The translations under genes and the position numbers were made by a program. From positions 544,001-608,000 of the forward strand of contig JAHPZH010000002.1 of NCBI GenBank assembly GCA_019058315.1: DNA of 64,000 bases, in the 5' to 3' direction. The DNA is from Candidatus Helarchaeota archaeon (lineage in GTDB: Archaea > Asgardarchaeota > Lokiarchaeia > Helarchaeales > RDOG01). Positions 28,462-38,568 of this stretch are shown in pieces. Below the pieces are notes generated by a model. That model searched no databases. It was not told where the DNA came from and was given only the letters and a program-made list of their open reading frames with translations. The first letter of the stretch is position 1, and each line of letters opens with the position of its first letter.

Positions 28462-28636
28462 GATCCTTTATTTTGATAACTTTCTTATTTATATTTTGAA
28501 TTAATTTGTTTACAATCTGGTTCTTACTTACATCACAGAATTATAAATTTAAAAAATAGGAATTGAAAATTTATAATGAAATTTTATTAAATATAAAAAT
28601 TCCATTAAATTCATTTATGATATAATAGGTGCTTAT

Positions 28637-29392
28637 ATGAAAAGGTTCAAGAAATTTATGAAACGTTGGCTATCTCAAATTATAGATATTCATAGATTGA
28701 AATATGCATTTCCAAATTATTTGAGGTACTTAAGAGATTGGAAAAAATATTCAAGGATGGAAGGAGCTGAACCAATTAGAATTCTTGATACTTTTCCTCA
28801 GATACACGATAAAACCATGACGACTAGCTTTGATATTCATTATTTCTATCAAGATATTTGGGCATTTAAAAGAATTTTTGAATCAAAGTGTGCTCATCAT
28901 ATTGATGTGGGTTCAAGGATTGACTTTATTGGTTTTTTAACAGTAATCACTAAGGTAACCTTTATCGATATTCGTCCATTATTAGCTAATTTAGAGAATT
29001 TCGAATCTAAAAGAGGAAGTATACTTGCAATGCCCTATAAAAAAAATTCAATACCATCTATATCTTGTTTACATGTTGCAGAACACATTGGATTAGGAAG
29101 ATATGGTGATCCGCTTGATCCTTTAGGTACAAAGAAAGCCGCTAAGGAGTTATCACGGATTCTCGCACCCAAAGGAAATCTTTATTTTTCATTACCAATA
29201 GGTAAACCGAGATTATGTTTTAATGGACATCGAATTCACTCGACCAAGCAAATTATTAATTATTTTTCTAGTTTATCAGTTATTGAACTTTCAGGTATTG
29301 ATGATAATGGTAATTTTATAAGAAATATTGATAGAAAAATCTTAGATTCCTGTAATTATGGATGTGGTTTATTTTGGTTTAAAAAGGAATAA
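28637..29392 (+). CDS. DUF268 family methyltransferase-like protein
   Basis: HYFYQD, HIDVGSRID, LHVAEHIGLGRYGDPLDP, FNGHRI. Confidence 0.8.
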   Translation: MKRFKKFMKRWLSQIIDIHRLKYAFPNYLRYLRDWKKYSRMEGAEPIRILDTFPQIHDKTMTTSFDIHYFYQDIWAFKRIFESKCAHHIDVGSRIDFIGFLTVITKVTFIDIRPLLANLENFESKRGSILAMPYKKNSIPSISCLHVAEHIGLGRYGDPLDPLGTKKAAKELSRILAPKGNLYFSLPIGKPRLCFNGHRIHSTKQIINYFSSLSVIELSGIDDNGNFIRNIDRKILDSCNYGCGLFWFKKE

Positions 29393-29554
29393 AGTGTTCA
29401 ATATTTAGATTTTATTAAAGCGATTAGTAAAAAATTATAAAAACAATTAAAATATATATGAAATAAATTTTATCTATGGCTTCAAGACTGTTTGAAGTTC
29501 GGATCTTGTATCATTAAATGAATCTGTTTAATTTTTTTTAAGGAAGTTATCAAA

Positions 29555-30343
29555 ATGCCTTTATTAAACCGAGCTATTTCATTAATACCTAAGAATAGGT
29601 TTTTTTATAAATTGTTTAGTCAGTTTGTAGACTCTTATAATGGTAATAACAACCATAATATAAACACAAATGGAGAATTACGCTTTATAAAGAATAACTT
29701 TAGACAAATTAGTATGATATTTGATATTGGAGCACATTTTGGTCACTGGACAACCCTTGCCCTAAAGATAAATAAAAATTTAAACATCCATTGCTTTGAA
29801 CCAAGCCCTTATACATTTAAAAGGCTAATTCATAATAAATTTCCTCCTAATGTAGTATGTAATAATTTTGGTCTAAGTTCGATTACAGGTGAGCAAAATC
29901 TCTACATATTCGAGAATGGGTCAGCACTCAATTCATTATACCAAAGGAATGGGTTGCAAGATGGTTGGGGAATACAACCACAAGAAAGACAAGAGAAAAT
30001 TCATCTTGATACATTAGAAAATTACTGTAGCAAGAGAAATATTACAGAAATAGATTTTTTAAAAGTTGATGTTGAGGGGCATGAACTTGAAGTTTTTAAG
30101 GGGGGAAAAAGTCTATTTGAAAATAGCAAGATTAAAATGATTCAATTTGAGCATGGAGGATGTGCAATTGATGCACGAATATTTCTGAAAGATTTTTTTG
30201 ATTTTTTCAAAGGAATGGAATATAATTTCTTCAAAATTCTTCCTCACCGTCTTAAGTTTGTAAAACGATATAATCAAAAATATGAAAATTTCCAATATCA
30301 AAATTGGTTAATCATTAAAAAAAATTACAAATTTATTCCTTAA
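29555..30343 (+). CDS. FkbM family methyltransferase
   Basis: IFDIGAHFG, HCFEP, FLKVDVEGHELEVFKG, IQFE. Confidence 0.9.
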   Translation: MPLLNRAISLIPKNRFFYKLFSQFVDSYNGNNNHNINTNGELRFIKNNFRQISMIFDIGAHFGHWTTLALKINKNLNIHCFEPSPYTFKRLIHNKFPPNVVCNNFGLSSITGEQNLYIFENGSALNSLYQRNGLQDGWGIQPQERQEKIHLDTLENYCSKRNITEIDFLKVDVEGHELEVFKGGKSLFENSKIKMIQFEHGGCAIDARIFLKDFFDFFKGMEYNFFKILPHRLKFVKRYNQKYENFQYQNWLIIKKNYKFIP

Positions 30344-30415
30344 TTATGAAATTCATTAAATACATTAAAATATTCATTTTATTCCCTTATGGAAAAGATA
30401 AAAACCCATATCATT

Positions 30416-32227
30416 TTAGTTTAAAAACCATTTTTCATACCACAAATTAAAAATTAATAGCATCCAAAGAATATTGTAAAAATTCTCACTTTTTTCTATG
30501 ATTCGTTTTATATAATTCTTATTAAATAAATTATGAGATTTATTTTCTAAAACATGTTCAATCAATAAATCTTTCAGTTCTTTTTTAAAATAATATTTAA
30601 GAGGTACACCAAAACCATGTTTCTTTCTATAAAGAATTTCATGTGGTAATATGTTTGAAAAAGCTTTTTTTAATATATATTTCGTAATGTAATTATTAAT
30701 CCTAAATCGTGCAGGAATCTTACAGACAAATTCAGTTAATTTATGATCAAGAAAGGGTACTCTTGCTTCTAAACTAACTGCCATGGATGCTCTATCTACT
30801 TTAGTTAGATTATTATATGGAAGATAAATGTGAAGATCAGCTTCTTGAAGATTATCTAAATAATGATTATATTTGAAATAAGGTTTAAAATCTTTATAAT
30901 CAATTTTAAGATTCAAATTAGAAAACTGAGTTTGTTCCTTTATTGGTGCTGTCATTTGTCCAAAAATTTCATAATCTTTATAACTAGCTTTTTTAATCAA
31001 GTTAAAACCCTTTTTATTTATAACTTTAGAAGTTAGATTAACTATGGGAGTAATTCCATATTTTTTTAAAAAATTGGGTAATAAATTGAAAATATTTAAT
31101 TTTTTGTAATCAAGATAGGTACTATATCCCCCAAATAATTCATCCCCTCCCTCCCCAGTTAACGAAACTTTAACATGCTCCCTGGCGACTTTGCTAACAA
31201 GATAAGTAGGAATCATTGCTGGATCTGAAAAAGGTTCATCATAATAATAGATAATTTCACGAATTAGTTTTCTTACATCTTTTGCTGAAAATTGAATTTC
31301 ATAATGATTAGTTCCAAATATATCTGAAACCATTTTAGCATACTTACTCTCATCAAATTCTTGATAATCAAATTTTATTGAAAAAGTGTCTAAATCCTCC
31401 TTGAATTTTGAAATAATTGCTACAACAGAAGAGCTGTCTACTCCACCAGACAAAAAAGCTCCAACAGGAACGTCAGCAATCAATCTTCTCGATATACTCT
31501 CCTCAAACAATTTTAGAATAATCTTACAATATTCATTTTCATCTAGAAAGTATTTCTTCGAAAAATCTGTGTCCCAATATTTTGAATACTGTGTTATTTT
31601 CCCATTTTTCAAGTCATAAATTAAATAATGTCCAGGTTTTATTTTATAAATATTTTTAAAAATACTATGATTCCCAATAATGTATCTAAAAGTTATATAA
31701 TCCCTAAAACCGGCGAGATTAAGTTCTCTTTTTATTCCTGCTTCTAAAATCGATTTAATTTCTGAACTAAAAATAAATTTTTTGTCTTTAAAATAATAAT
31801 AAAGCGGTTTTATTCCAAATCTATCTCGAGCTAAAAATAAAATACCCTTCTTTTTATCATAAATACAAAAACTGAATTGTCCATTGAATTCTTTTAGACA
31901 ATCTATAAAATCTTGTTCATATGAATGTATTATCACTTCAGTATCAGTATTTGAATAAAATTTATGCCCTAATTTTTCTAATTTAGTTCTTAAAGATGAA
32001 AAATTATATATTTCTCCATTAAAAATAACCCATACAGTTTCATCTTCATTATGCATTGGTTGACGACCTTTTTCACTTAAATCAATTATACTTAATCTCT
32101 TATGGCCTAGAGTAATATTTTCATCATTATAAAATCCATCTTGGTCAGGTCCTCTATGATTTAAAAGATCTGTACTTTTTTTTATTAAATTTCTATCGTC
32201 CCAATTAAATCCATTTATTCCACACAT
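30416..32227 (-). CDS. asnB: Asparagine synthase (glutamine-hydrolysing) family amidotransferase
   Basis: MCGI N-term Cys, HRGPD, RLSIIDL, NGEIYN, LSGGVDSS, GEGGDELFGGY; probably amidates glycan given context. Confidence 0.95.
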   Translation of the reverse strand: MCGINGFNWDDRNLIKKSTDLLNHRGPDQDGFYNDENITLGHKRLSIIDLSEKGRQPMHNEDETVWVIFNGEIYNFSSLRTKLEKLGHKFYSNTDTEVIIHSYEQDFIDCLKEFNGQFSFCIYDKKKGILFLARDRFGIKPLYYYFKDKKFIFSSEIKSILEAGIKRELNLAGFRDYITFRYIIGNHSIFKNIYKIKPGHYLIYDLKNGKITQYSKYWDTDFSKKYFLDENEYCKIILKLFEESISRRLIADVPVGAFLSGGVDSSSVVAIISKFKEDLDTFSIKFDYQEFDESKYAKMVSDIFGTNHYEIQFSAKDVRKLIREIIYYYDEPFSDPAMIPTYLVSKVAREHVKVSLTGEGGDELFGGYSTYLDYKKLNIFNLLPNFLKKYGITPIVNLTSKVINKKGFNLIKKASYKDYEIFGQMTAPIKEQTQFSNLNLKIDYKDFKPYFKYNHYLDNLQEADLHIYLPYNNLTKVDRASMAVSLEARVPFLDHKLTEFVCKIPARFRINNYITKYILKKAFSNILPHEILYRKKHGFGVPLKYYFKKELKDLLIEHVLENKSHNLFNKNYIKRIIEKSENFYNILWMLLIFNLWYEKWFLN

Positions 32228-32315
32228 AACTTAATACTAACCTTAGTTAAGAATAAAAAATATTCGAAATTATCTATACTATTAAATCTCAAAATTATTA
32301 TATTTTTCATTCTAA

Positions 32316-33359
32316 TTGCTATTTATGGATCATCAACAATCAAATAAAATTAAAATCTCCATTTTGATTTCAACTTATAATCGTGTTGAGGAATTAAAAA
32401 GTTGTATAAATTCTATATTAGAAGTCGATTTCCCTAAAAATCATTACGAAATCTTAGTCGGTGATGGTGGGAGCACCGATTCCACATTTGAATTTATGTC
32501 AAATTTGGTAAAAAAATCTGAAAAATTTCCTGATCAATTACCAATAATTAAATATTTTCGTAATAATAAAAATTTGGGGGCAATGGGAAATAGAATGACT
32601 TCATTTCGTGTTGTAAAAGGTAAATATATGTGTGTTTTGGATTCAGATGCAACAGTTCCTAAAAATTGGTTGAAAAACATATATAATCATATGGAAAAAA
32701 ATAAATTAGACGCATCTGGTGGATTAAATATTACAAATCCTAAAGAAGGACCAATTCTTGGTGCTGATGTAGGTTCAAATGGAATAATTCAACCTTGCTA
32801 TCGCAAAAATGATCCTCTTTTTATAAGTACAGTTAATGCATTTTTTAATACAAGAACGTTAAGAAAAATGGGCGGATTGGATCCAATAATGGCGTATGGG
32901 GGTGCGGACATGGAATTAGGGATTAGAGCTAGATTATTTGGTGCAAAAATTTCAGGAGAAATGAACACAATAGTAGATCATACTAGAAAACCTAAAGGAG
33001 AACACTTTAGAGCCCGTAAAAATATTGAAAAATTAACCTATTATCAATTATCAAGACATATTTATTTATTTCTTAAAAATTTTGAATGGAGATTTGGTAT
33101 AATCTTTTCCTTAAGAATATTTCTTTTCAAATCAATTCAATTAATGGGAGCATTAATTAAGAAAAATTTAGGTTACATTAAAGGTTATATAAAAGCGATT
33201 TTCTGGATATTATCTAATTTAGGAACAATAATTCTAAATCATAATAAAGTAAAGAGAAAAATTAAAAGTTTTAAAATTGTAAAAAAATACTATCATCCAA
33301 AACCAAGTCTTATTTCAATTTGTGTGAGAAATTACCGTTCTATATTTAAGAAATACTAA
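32316..33359 (+). CDS. GT2 glycosyltransferase
   Basis: ISILISTYNR, DGGSTD, LDSD. Confidence 0.9.
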   Translation: MLFMDHQQSNKIKISILISTYNRVEELKSCINSILEVDFPKNHYEILVGDGGSTDSTFEFMSNLVKKSEKFPDQLPIIKYFRNNKNLGAMGNRMTSFRVVKGKYMCVLDSDATVPKNWLKNIYNHMEKNKLDASGGLNITNPKEGPILGADVGSNGIIQPCYRKNDPLFISTVNAFFNTRTLRKMGGLDPIMAYGGADMELGIRARLFGAKISGEMNTIVDHTRKPKGEHFRARKNIEKLTYYQLSRHIYLFLKNFEWRFGIIFSLRIFLFKSIQLMGALIKKNLGYIKGYIKAIFWILSNLGTIILNHNKVKRKIKSFKIVKKYYHPKPSLISICVRNYRSIFKKY

Positions 33360-33456
33360 TTTTTTAAAATGAGAAATTTTGATTCATTTCTAATAAAGTA
33401 AAGAACAATAAATCACAAAAATTAAATATAAATAGCCCATTAAGAAGATTAGAAAA

Positions 33457-34515
33457 ATGAAATTACTTTTTAATACAGTAACTACAACTGGATACGAAAT
33501 AGATAAAAATTTTTACGAGACTTTCAAGGATTTGGGATTCGAAACAATTAAATTTAATTCAACTGAGCATAATATTAAGTTTGGGAAAAAAAAAACTGAT
33601 GAAATTTTAATAGAATTAGTAAACACCAATAAACCAGATGTAATTTTTACATTCTTAAATAAATACGAAATCTCAAAAAATACATTCAAAAAAATTAAAG
33701 CGAAATCAATTAGTCTTGCTTGGTTTGCAGATGATCACTGGCGGTATAATATTTATTCAAAATATATGGCACCTTTCTTTGATTACTGTTTAACAACTTC
33801 AAAAACAGCTTTTGAACATTACAAAAGAGATGGATTTGGTAATGTTATTAAAACTCAATGGGCAGCCAATCCACGTTATTATAAAAATCTTGATCTTGAA
33901 AAAATTTACGATGTTTCGTTTATTGGCTATAAATATGGAATACGTCCACATATTATTAATACAATTAAGAATAATAGAATAAATATTAAGGTCTTTGGAA
34001 AGGGATGGACTGAACTTCCAGTAAGAAAAAAAATAAATAAAAAAATTAAAGGTATTTTTAAAATAAATACCTTAAGAGAGCTATCATTTTTTGAACAAAT
34101 CTTAAATAAATTTCAAGTTACTTCGTTTTTTAAACCTCAAAAAGAAAATGAATCGAAGTTTATATCATTTTCAAAATTAGTTAGATTATATAATATATCA
34201 AAAATCAATTTAAATTTGGCAGAATCTTCAGCAAATGAAAAAATTTTACAGATTAAAGGTAGAAATTTTGAAATCCCGATGTGTGGGGGATTAATACTCA
34301 CAAAATATATACCTGAATTAACTGAATATTATGATATAGGTGAAGAAATTATCTGTTATGAAAATTTAAATGACTTAATTAATAAAATAAATTATTTTCT
34401 CAAACATGAAGAAGAAAGAGAAGATGTTGCTAAAAGAGGATATGAGAGATCAATTAAGGAACATACTTATGAAAAAAGATTTAAAACAATATTTAATGAG
34501 ATTGGTATTTTTTAA
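33457..34515 (+). CDS. CgeB-family (Glyco_trans_1_2) glycosyltransferase
   Basis: WFADDHWR, YDVSFIG, SKINLN, IKGRNFEIPMCGG, EHTYEKR. Confidence 0.85.
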   Translation: MKLLFNTVTTTGYEIDKNFYETFKDLGFETIKFNSTEHNIKFGKKKTDEILIELVNTNKPDVIFTFLNKYEISKNTFKKIKAKSISLAWFADDHWRYNIYSKYMAPFFDYCLTTSKTAFEHYKRDGFGNVIKTQWAANPRYYKNLDLEKIYDVSFIGYKYGIRPHIINTIKNNRINIKVFGKGWTELPVRKKINKKIKGIFKINTLRELSFFEQILNKFQVTSFFKPQKENESKFISFSKLVRLYNISKINLNLAESSANEKILQIKGRNFEIPMCGGLILTKYIPELTEYYDIGEEIICYENLNDLINKINYFLKHEEEREDVAKRGYERSIKEHTYEKRFKTIFNEIGIF

Positions 34516-34565
34516 TATCATTATAAATTGTCTAGTAATATATAAAAATTTAAACTTATGAATTA

Positions 34566-35753
34566 GTGAATGGAATGAGTATAATATTTTTCACTTACAA
34601 TTTAAATCTATTTAAATATTCTAATTTATATGATGGACTTATGTATCTCTCAAAATCTGCTAAAATACATATAATTGGTGGCGGATACATCCCCAAAGGG
34701 GTTAAAGTCCCAAAAAATATTATTATTCATTCAATAAAAAAACCAAGATTTAAAACAATGAAAAATCTTTTTTTTACAATAAAAATGTTATTTAAATCCT
34801 TAAAAATAATAAAGTCAAATAAAATTAATGTAATTTTTGTTCTTAATGATATTTTTCCTCAAATTTTAAGTTATTTTATATGCAAATTGACTAAAATTCC
34901 ATATTTTGTAGATTATAGGGGAAATGTTTCATATGAAAGAGAATTAGATCTTAAAAAATTTTCTTTCTTAAAAAAACTCATTCGTTTGTATTTAAATAGA
35001 TCATATGATGCGCTAGAAGATTTTACTCTAAAAAAAGCAAAAGCAGTAATTTGTAATAATCATTTATCAAAAAAATTATTATTAAGAAGATCTATTAATA
35101 ACGATAAATTGCATGTAATATGGCATGGAGTGAATCTAGAAAAATTTAATTCAAAAAAATATTCAGATAAGGAAAAATCCCTCTTAAAAACAAACCTTAA
35201 ATTAAAATCTGACGATTTTATTTACTTATTTATTGGAAGATTAGTACCAAATAAAGGTTTATTTTACCTTTTACGTGCAATGAAAGAATTAAAAGTAGAA
35301 TTTCCTAAAATAAAACTCTTAATTGTTGGTTATGGACCGCTGGAGAAAGAACTAAAAGAATTTGCTATAAAAAATGAAATTTTCGAAGTAAAATTTTTAG
35401 GTAAACAATCTCATGATAAGATTCCAATTTTTTATGCTATATCTAATAGTTTTGTATTACCAACATTAAGTGAAGGACTTCCTAATGTCGTCCTAGAAGC
35501 TATGGCTTCTGCCATTCCTGTAATTTCTACCAAGGTAGGTGATGTTCCTAGGTTAATTGGAAAATCAAAGAATGGTAATATTCTAATTGATTCAAGAGAT
35601 TTAGAACAATTAGTTAGTGGAATGAAACAATTTTACGAAAACAGAAACGATCTAACACAAATTGGAAGAAATAATAGAGAATTTATTTTAAATAATATTA
35701 GTTGGAAACATTTTGCTATTAAATTAATAAAACTATTTAAATTTTCTTCATAA
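34566..35753 (+). CDS. GT4 glycosyltransferase
   Basis: FIGRLVPNKG, EGLPNVVLEAMA (EX7E); true start may be ATG 34575. Confidence 0.9.
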   Translation: MNGMSIIFFTYNLNLFKYSNLYDGLMYLSKSAKIHIIGGGYIPKGVKVPKNIIIHSIKKPRFKTMKNLFFTIKMLFKSLKIIKSNKINVIFVLNDIFPQILSYFICKLTKIPYFVDYRGNVSYERELDLKKFSFLKKLIRLYLNRSYDALEDFTLKKAKAVICNNHLSKKLLLRRSINNDKLHVIWHGVNLEKFNSKKYSDKEKSLLKTNLKLKSDDFIYLFIGRLVPNKGLFYLLRAMKELKVEFPKIKLLIVGYGPLEKELKEFAIKNEIFEVKFLGKQSHDKIPIFYAISNSFVLPTLSEGLPNVVLEAMASAIPVISTKVGDVPRLIGKSKNGNILIDSRDLEQLVSGMKQFYENRNDLTQIGRNNREFILNNISWKHFAIKLIKLFKFSS

Positions 35754-35767
35754 TAAAAGATATGATC

Positions 35768-36577
35768 TTATAAAATCCTCTTAGAAATAAAATTACGAAT
35801 TCTATCTATTTGTCTCCGAGCAATAATCTTTTTGGTCTCTTTAAATCTAGGCAATTTAATAATTCGAGCTTCTATATAACCAATCAAAGTAGAAATAATT
35901 TCTGGTAATGTAAATGGATTTCTTATCAGTTTAAAAAGAAGATGTAAAATTGTAAAACCGAAAGGAAAACATAATTGATATCTAGCCCAACCCTTTCTAA
36001 TTCCTTGATTAATATATTTACGAGATCTAAAAGGTCGCATCTCATATGCAATTGCTTTTTTATTAGCAATTACTTCAAAACCTTTTTTTTCAATTAACAA
36101 ATCTTGATATGTATCAAAACCAATCAAATCCTTACATCTAACCTCTTTCAATAATTGAGTTCTAATTAATCTACAACCTCCTAAAAAGGTCTGATAATTT
36201 GGAATTCCAAAAATTCCTTTAGTAATACAGGTTCCACTTACAACTCCTATTTTAGGATTCTTAATACTTTTTATCATATTTTTCATGAAATTATTAGTCA
36301 GATAAAGATCCGCATCACATAGAAAAGTATATAATCCATTTAATTCATCGATTCCAAAATTAATGACTTCAGCTCTAGGATTTGACCATTTTTTAAAATT
36401 CTTCTCAAGAACTCGAATATTATTTTTTTTTGCAATATTTATTGTTCTATCAGTACACCTATCTGCTACAAGAATTACTTCTTTAATGCCAACTTGATTA
36501 ATGACGCTTTTTAAACAAATATTTAAGGTTTTTTCTTCGTTATGTGCTGGAATTAAAACGCTTACTTCTTTTTGCAA
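35768..36577 (-). CDS. GT2 glycosyltransferase
   Basis: VLIPAHNEE, DRCTDRT, DAD. Confidence 0.85.
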   Translation of the reverse strand: MQKEVSVLIPAHNEEKTLNICLKSVINQVGIKEVILVADRCTDRTINIAKKNNIRVLEKNFKKWSNPRAEVINFGIDELNGLYTFLCDADLYLTNNFMKNMIKSIKNPKIGVVSGTCITKGIFGIPNYQTFLGGCRLIRTQLLKEVRCKDLIGFDTYQDLLIEKKGFEVIANKKAIAYEMRPFRSRKYINQGIRKGWARYQLCFPFGFTILHLLFKLIRNPFTLPEIISTLIGYIEARIIKLPRFKETKKIIARRQIDRIRNFISKRIL

Positions 36578-36644
36578 AGAGAATACCCTAAATAGTTAAT
36601 AAGATTTAAAAATATTTGAAATTATGTGGAATATCTTATAAATT

Positions 36645-36962
36645 TTAAGATATTTTAATTGATTCAATAAATTCCCGTAATTCATTTATGGATTTAGCCG
36701 CAATTTCTTTCTTAATTATTTTGCCATTTTTAAAAATTATATAAGTGGGAACTCCTTCTATATTATATTTTGAAGCAATAGCTGGATTTCTATCAACATT
36801 AATTTTTCCAATTTTCACTTTTCCCTGATATTCAATTTCTAATTTTTTTATAGCAGGTTCAATCATTTTACATGGAGGACACCATGAGGCCCAAAAGTCA
36901 ACAAACACTGGTATATCTGATTCTATGACCTCTCTTTTAAAGTTTTTAGTTGTAAATTCCAT
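36645..36962 (-). CDS. trxA: Thioredoxin
   Basis: VFVDFWASWCPPCK, GVPT. Confidence 0.9.
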   Translation of the reverse strand: MEFTTKNFKREVIESDIPVFVDFWASWCPPCKMIEPAIKKLEIEYQGKVKIGKINVDRNPAIASKYNIEGVPTYIIFKNGKIIKKEIAAKSINELREFIESIKIS

Positions 36963-37038
36963 AAGTAATCATTAACATGCTTTTATACTAAATTTCAACA
37001 AATTTTTTAATTATTCTATAAAAATATCATTTTAAAGT

Positions 37039-38565
37039 TCATTCATTACGTTCTTCTGTGATAAGTTTTGGTTCATAACCTTTTAGTTCTTTAGTTCCTG
37101 GCTTATAAACTTCTAAAGTCTCTACTTGTTTCTTATCTCCACTCCACCACGTTTCAGGTAAAATTAAATGTGCCTTTTCTTCAATTTTTTTCCTAATTGG
37201 TTCTTGAGTTAATAATTGAAACATTCTTGTTATTTCCTTTTCTAAACTTACTTTAGGTTTGAATCCAAATGTATTAGGTAATTTTTGAGATACGACATTA
37301 AAAGGGTGCTTTTCAGCTTCTACTCTAGGGTTTTCTACTCTTTGAATTTTTACATCTATTCCAAATTTTTCCTTTCCTACCTTCGCAACAGTTTCTGCTA
37401 ATTCTCTTATTTTATAAAGTCCGGAAACTTGATTTACTACATCATATTGACCCGGTTCCGGAGGAGAGATTATCAATCTTGTCATACACTCCATAGCATC
37501 TTCAAGAGCTATAAAACCTCTAATTTGTTCACCTTTGCCGTATATAGTCAGAGGAAATCCCATTACCGCTTGGGCTACAAATCGATTGACTACTGTTCCA
37601 AACCATTCGTCTATATCAAGCCTGGTTCTGAGTTTTTCATCAGCAGCCACTTGTTCTGTATGAACTCCATAAATTACTCCTTGCATAACATCATAAGATC
37701 GAAGCCACCAATATTTACAAGCTTCATAAATATTAAATGTATCTTGAACTTTACTCACATGGTAAAAACTCACAGGATCTCTTGGGGTTAATTCTCCTCC
37801 CAAACTCCATTCTGTATTATTCCAATTTAGAACTGCTTCTCCAGGAAAGATTCCTTCAAAAAGAGCTCTTCCAGTTAATGGGCTACCATATTCGCCTAAT
37901 GTGCCCAATTTTATTAAGCTAGTTTCTGGTACAATTTCTTTCATTAAAAATAATAATCCGAGGGTTCCTATTACATTATTTGTTTGAACTTTTATTGCAT
38001 GATCACAATCTACCATACTATAAGGGGCGCTAGGACATTCTGCATAATGAACTATAGCCTCTGGTTTAACTTCATCTAAAAAATTTCTTAATTCTTTTCT
38101 ATCTAAAATATCAATCTCTTTAAATTTTATTTCTATACCTAATATTTCCTTTGCTGCCTTAATTCTTTCATGAATATTATTAATTGGGATTACACTATGA
38201 GAATCCTTTTCATCAACACAATTTCTTCTAAAAAAGTTATCAATACCGCTGATTTTACAACCCAAACTACCTAATTTAAGTGCCAATGTCCATCCTAAAT
38301 ATCCATCAATTCCAAGGATCATAATTCGCATATTTTTTAACATATATCCATATTCTGTCAGTTGCCACTCTGTACATTGTTCTAATGTAATCGAAGGTTC
38401 ATAGAGACCCAAATCAGGTCTACGTTCACATTCGATCATTATACTCTGTTCGCCATCTACAAATTTTGGTTCAATGGATTGACCACATGCTCTAAAATCC
38501 ACATGACCTTTAAATATTGCTGCTGGACAATTCCAACAAGTTTTATTTGCATTTTTTGCTTTCAA
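37039..38565 (-). CDS. sqdB: UDP-sulfoquinovose synthase (SqdB/SQD1/Agl3)-like SDR with Cys-rich N-terminal extension
   Basis: GIDGYLGW, SAPYSM, KLGTLGEYG, FYHVSKV, QGVIYG, FGTVVNRF, NPRVEAEKH. Confidence 0.8.
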   Translation of the reverse strand: MKAKNANKTCWNCPAAIFKGHVDFRACGQSIEPKFVDGEQSIMIECERRPDLGLYEPSITLEQCTEWQLTEYGYMLKNMRIMILGIDGYLGWTLALKLGSLGCKISGIDNFFRRNCVDEKDSHSVIPINNIHERIKAAKEILGIEIKFKEIDILDRKELRNFLDEVKPEAIVHYAECPSAPYSMVDCDHAIKVQTNNVIGTLGLLFLMKEIVPETSLIKLGTLGEYGSPLTGRALFEGIFPGEAVLNWNNTEWSLGGELTPRDPVSFYHVSKVQDTFNIYEACKYWWLRSYDVMQGVIYGVHTEQVAADEKLRTRLDIDEWFGTVVNRFVAQAVMGFPLTIYGKGEQIRGFIALEDAMECMTRLIISPPEPGQYDVVNQVSGLYKIRELAETVAKVGKEKFGIDVKIQRVENPRVEAEKHPFNVVSQKLPNTFGFKPKVSLEKEITRMFQLLTQEPIRKKIEEKAHLILPETWWSGDKKQVETLEVYKPGTKELKGYEPKLITEERNE

Positions 38566-38568
38566 TTT

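Noticed and set aside
29480-29497. Short hairpin CTTCAAGA-CTG-TTTGAAG as SECIS or ncRNA
   Set aside because: Too short, no SECIS core seen, and no adjacent gene with an in-frame UGA.
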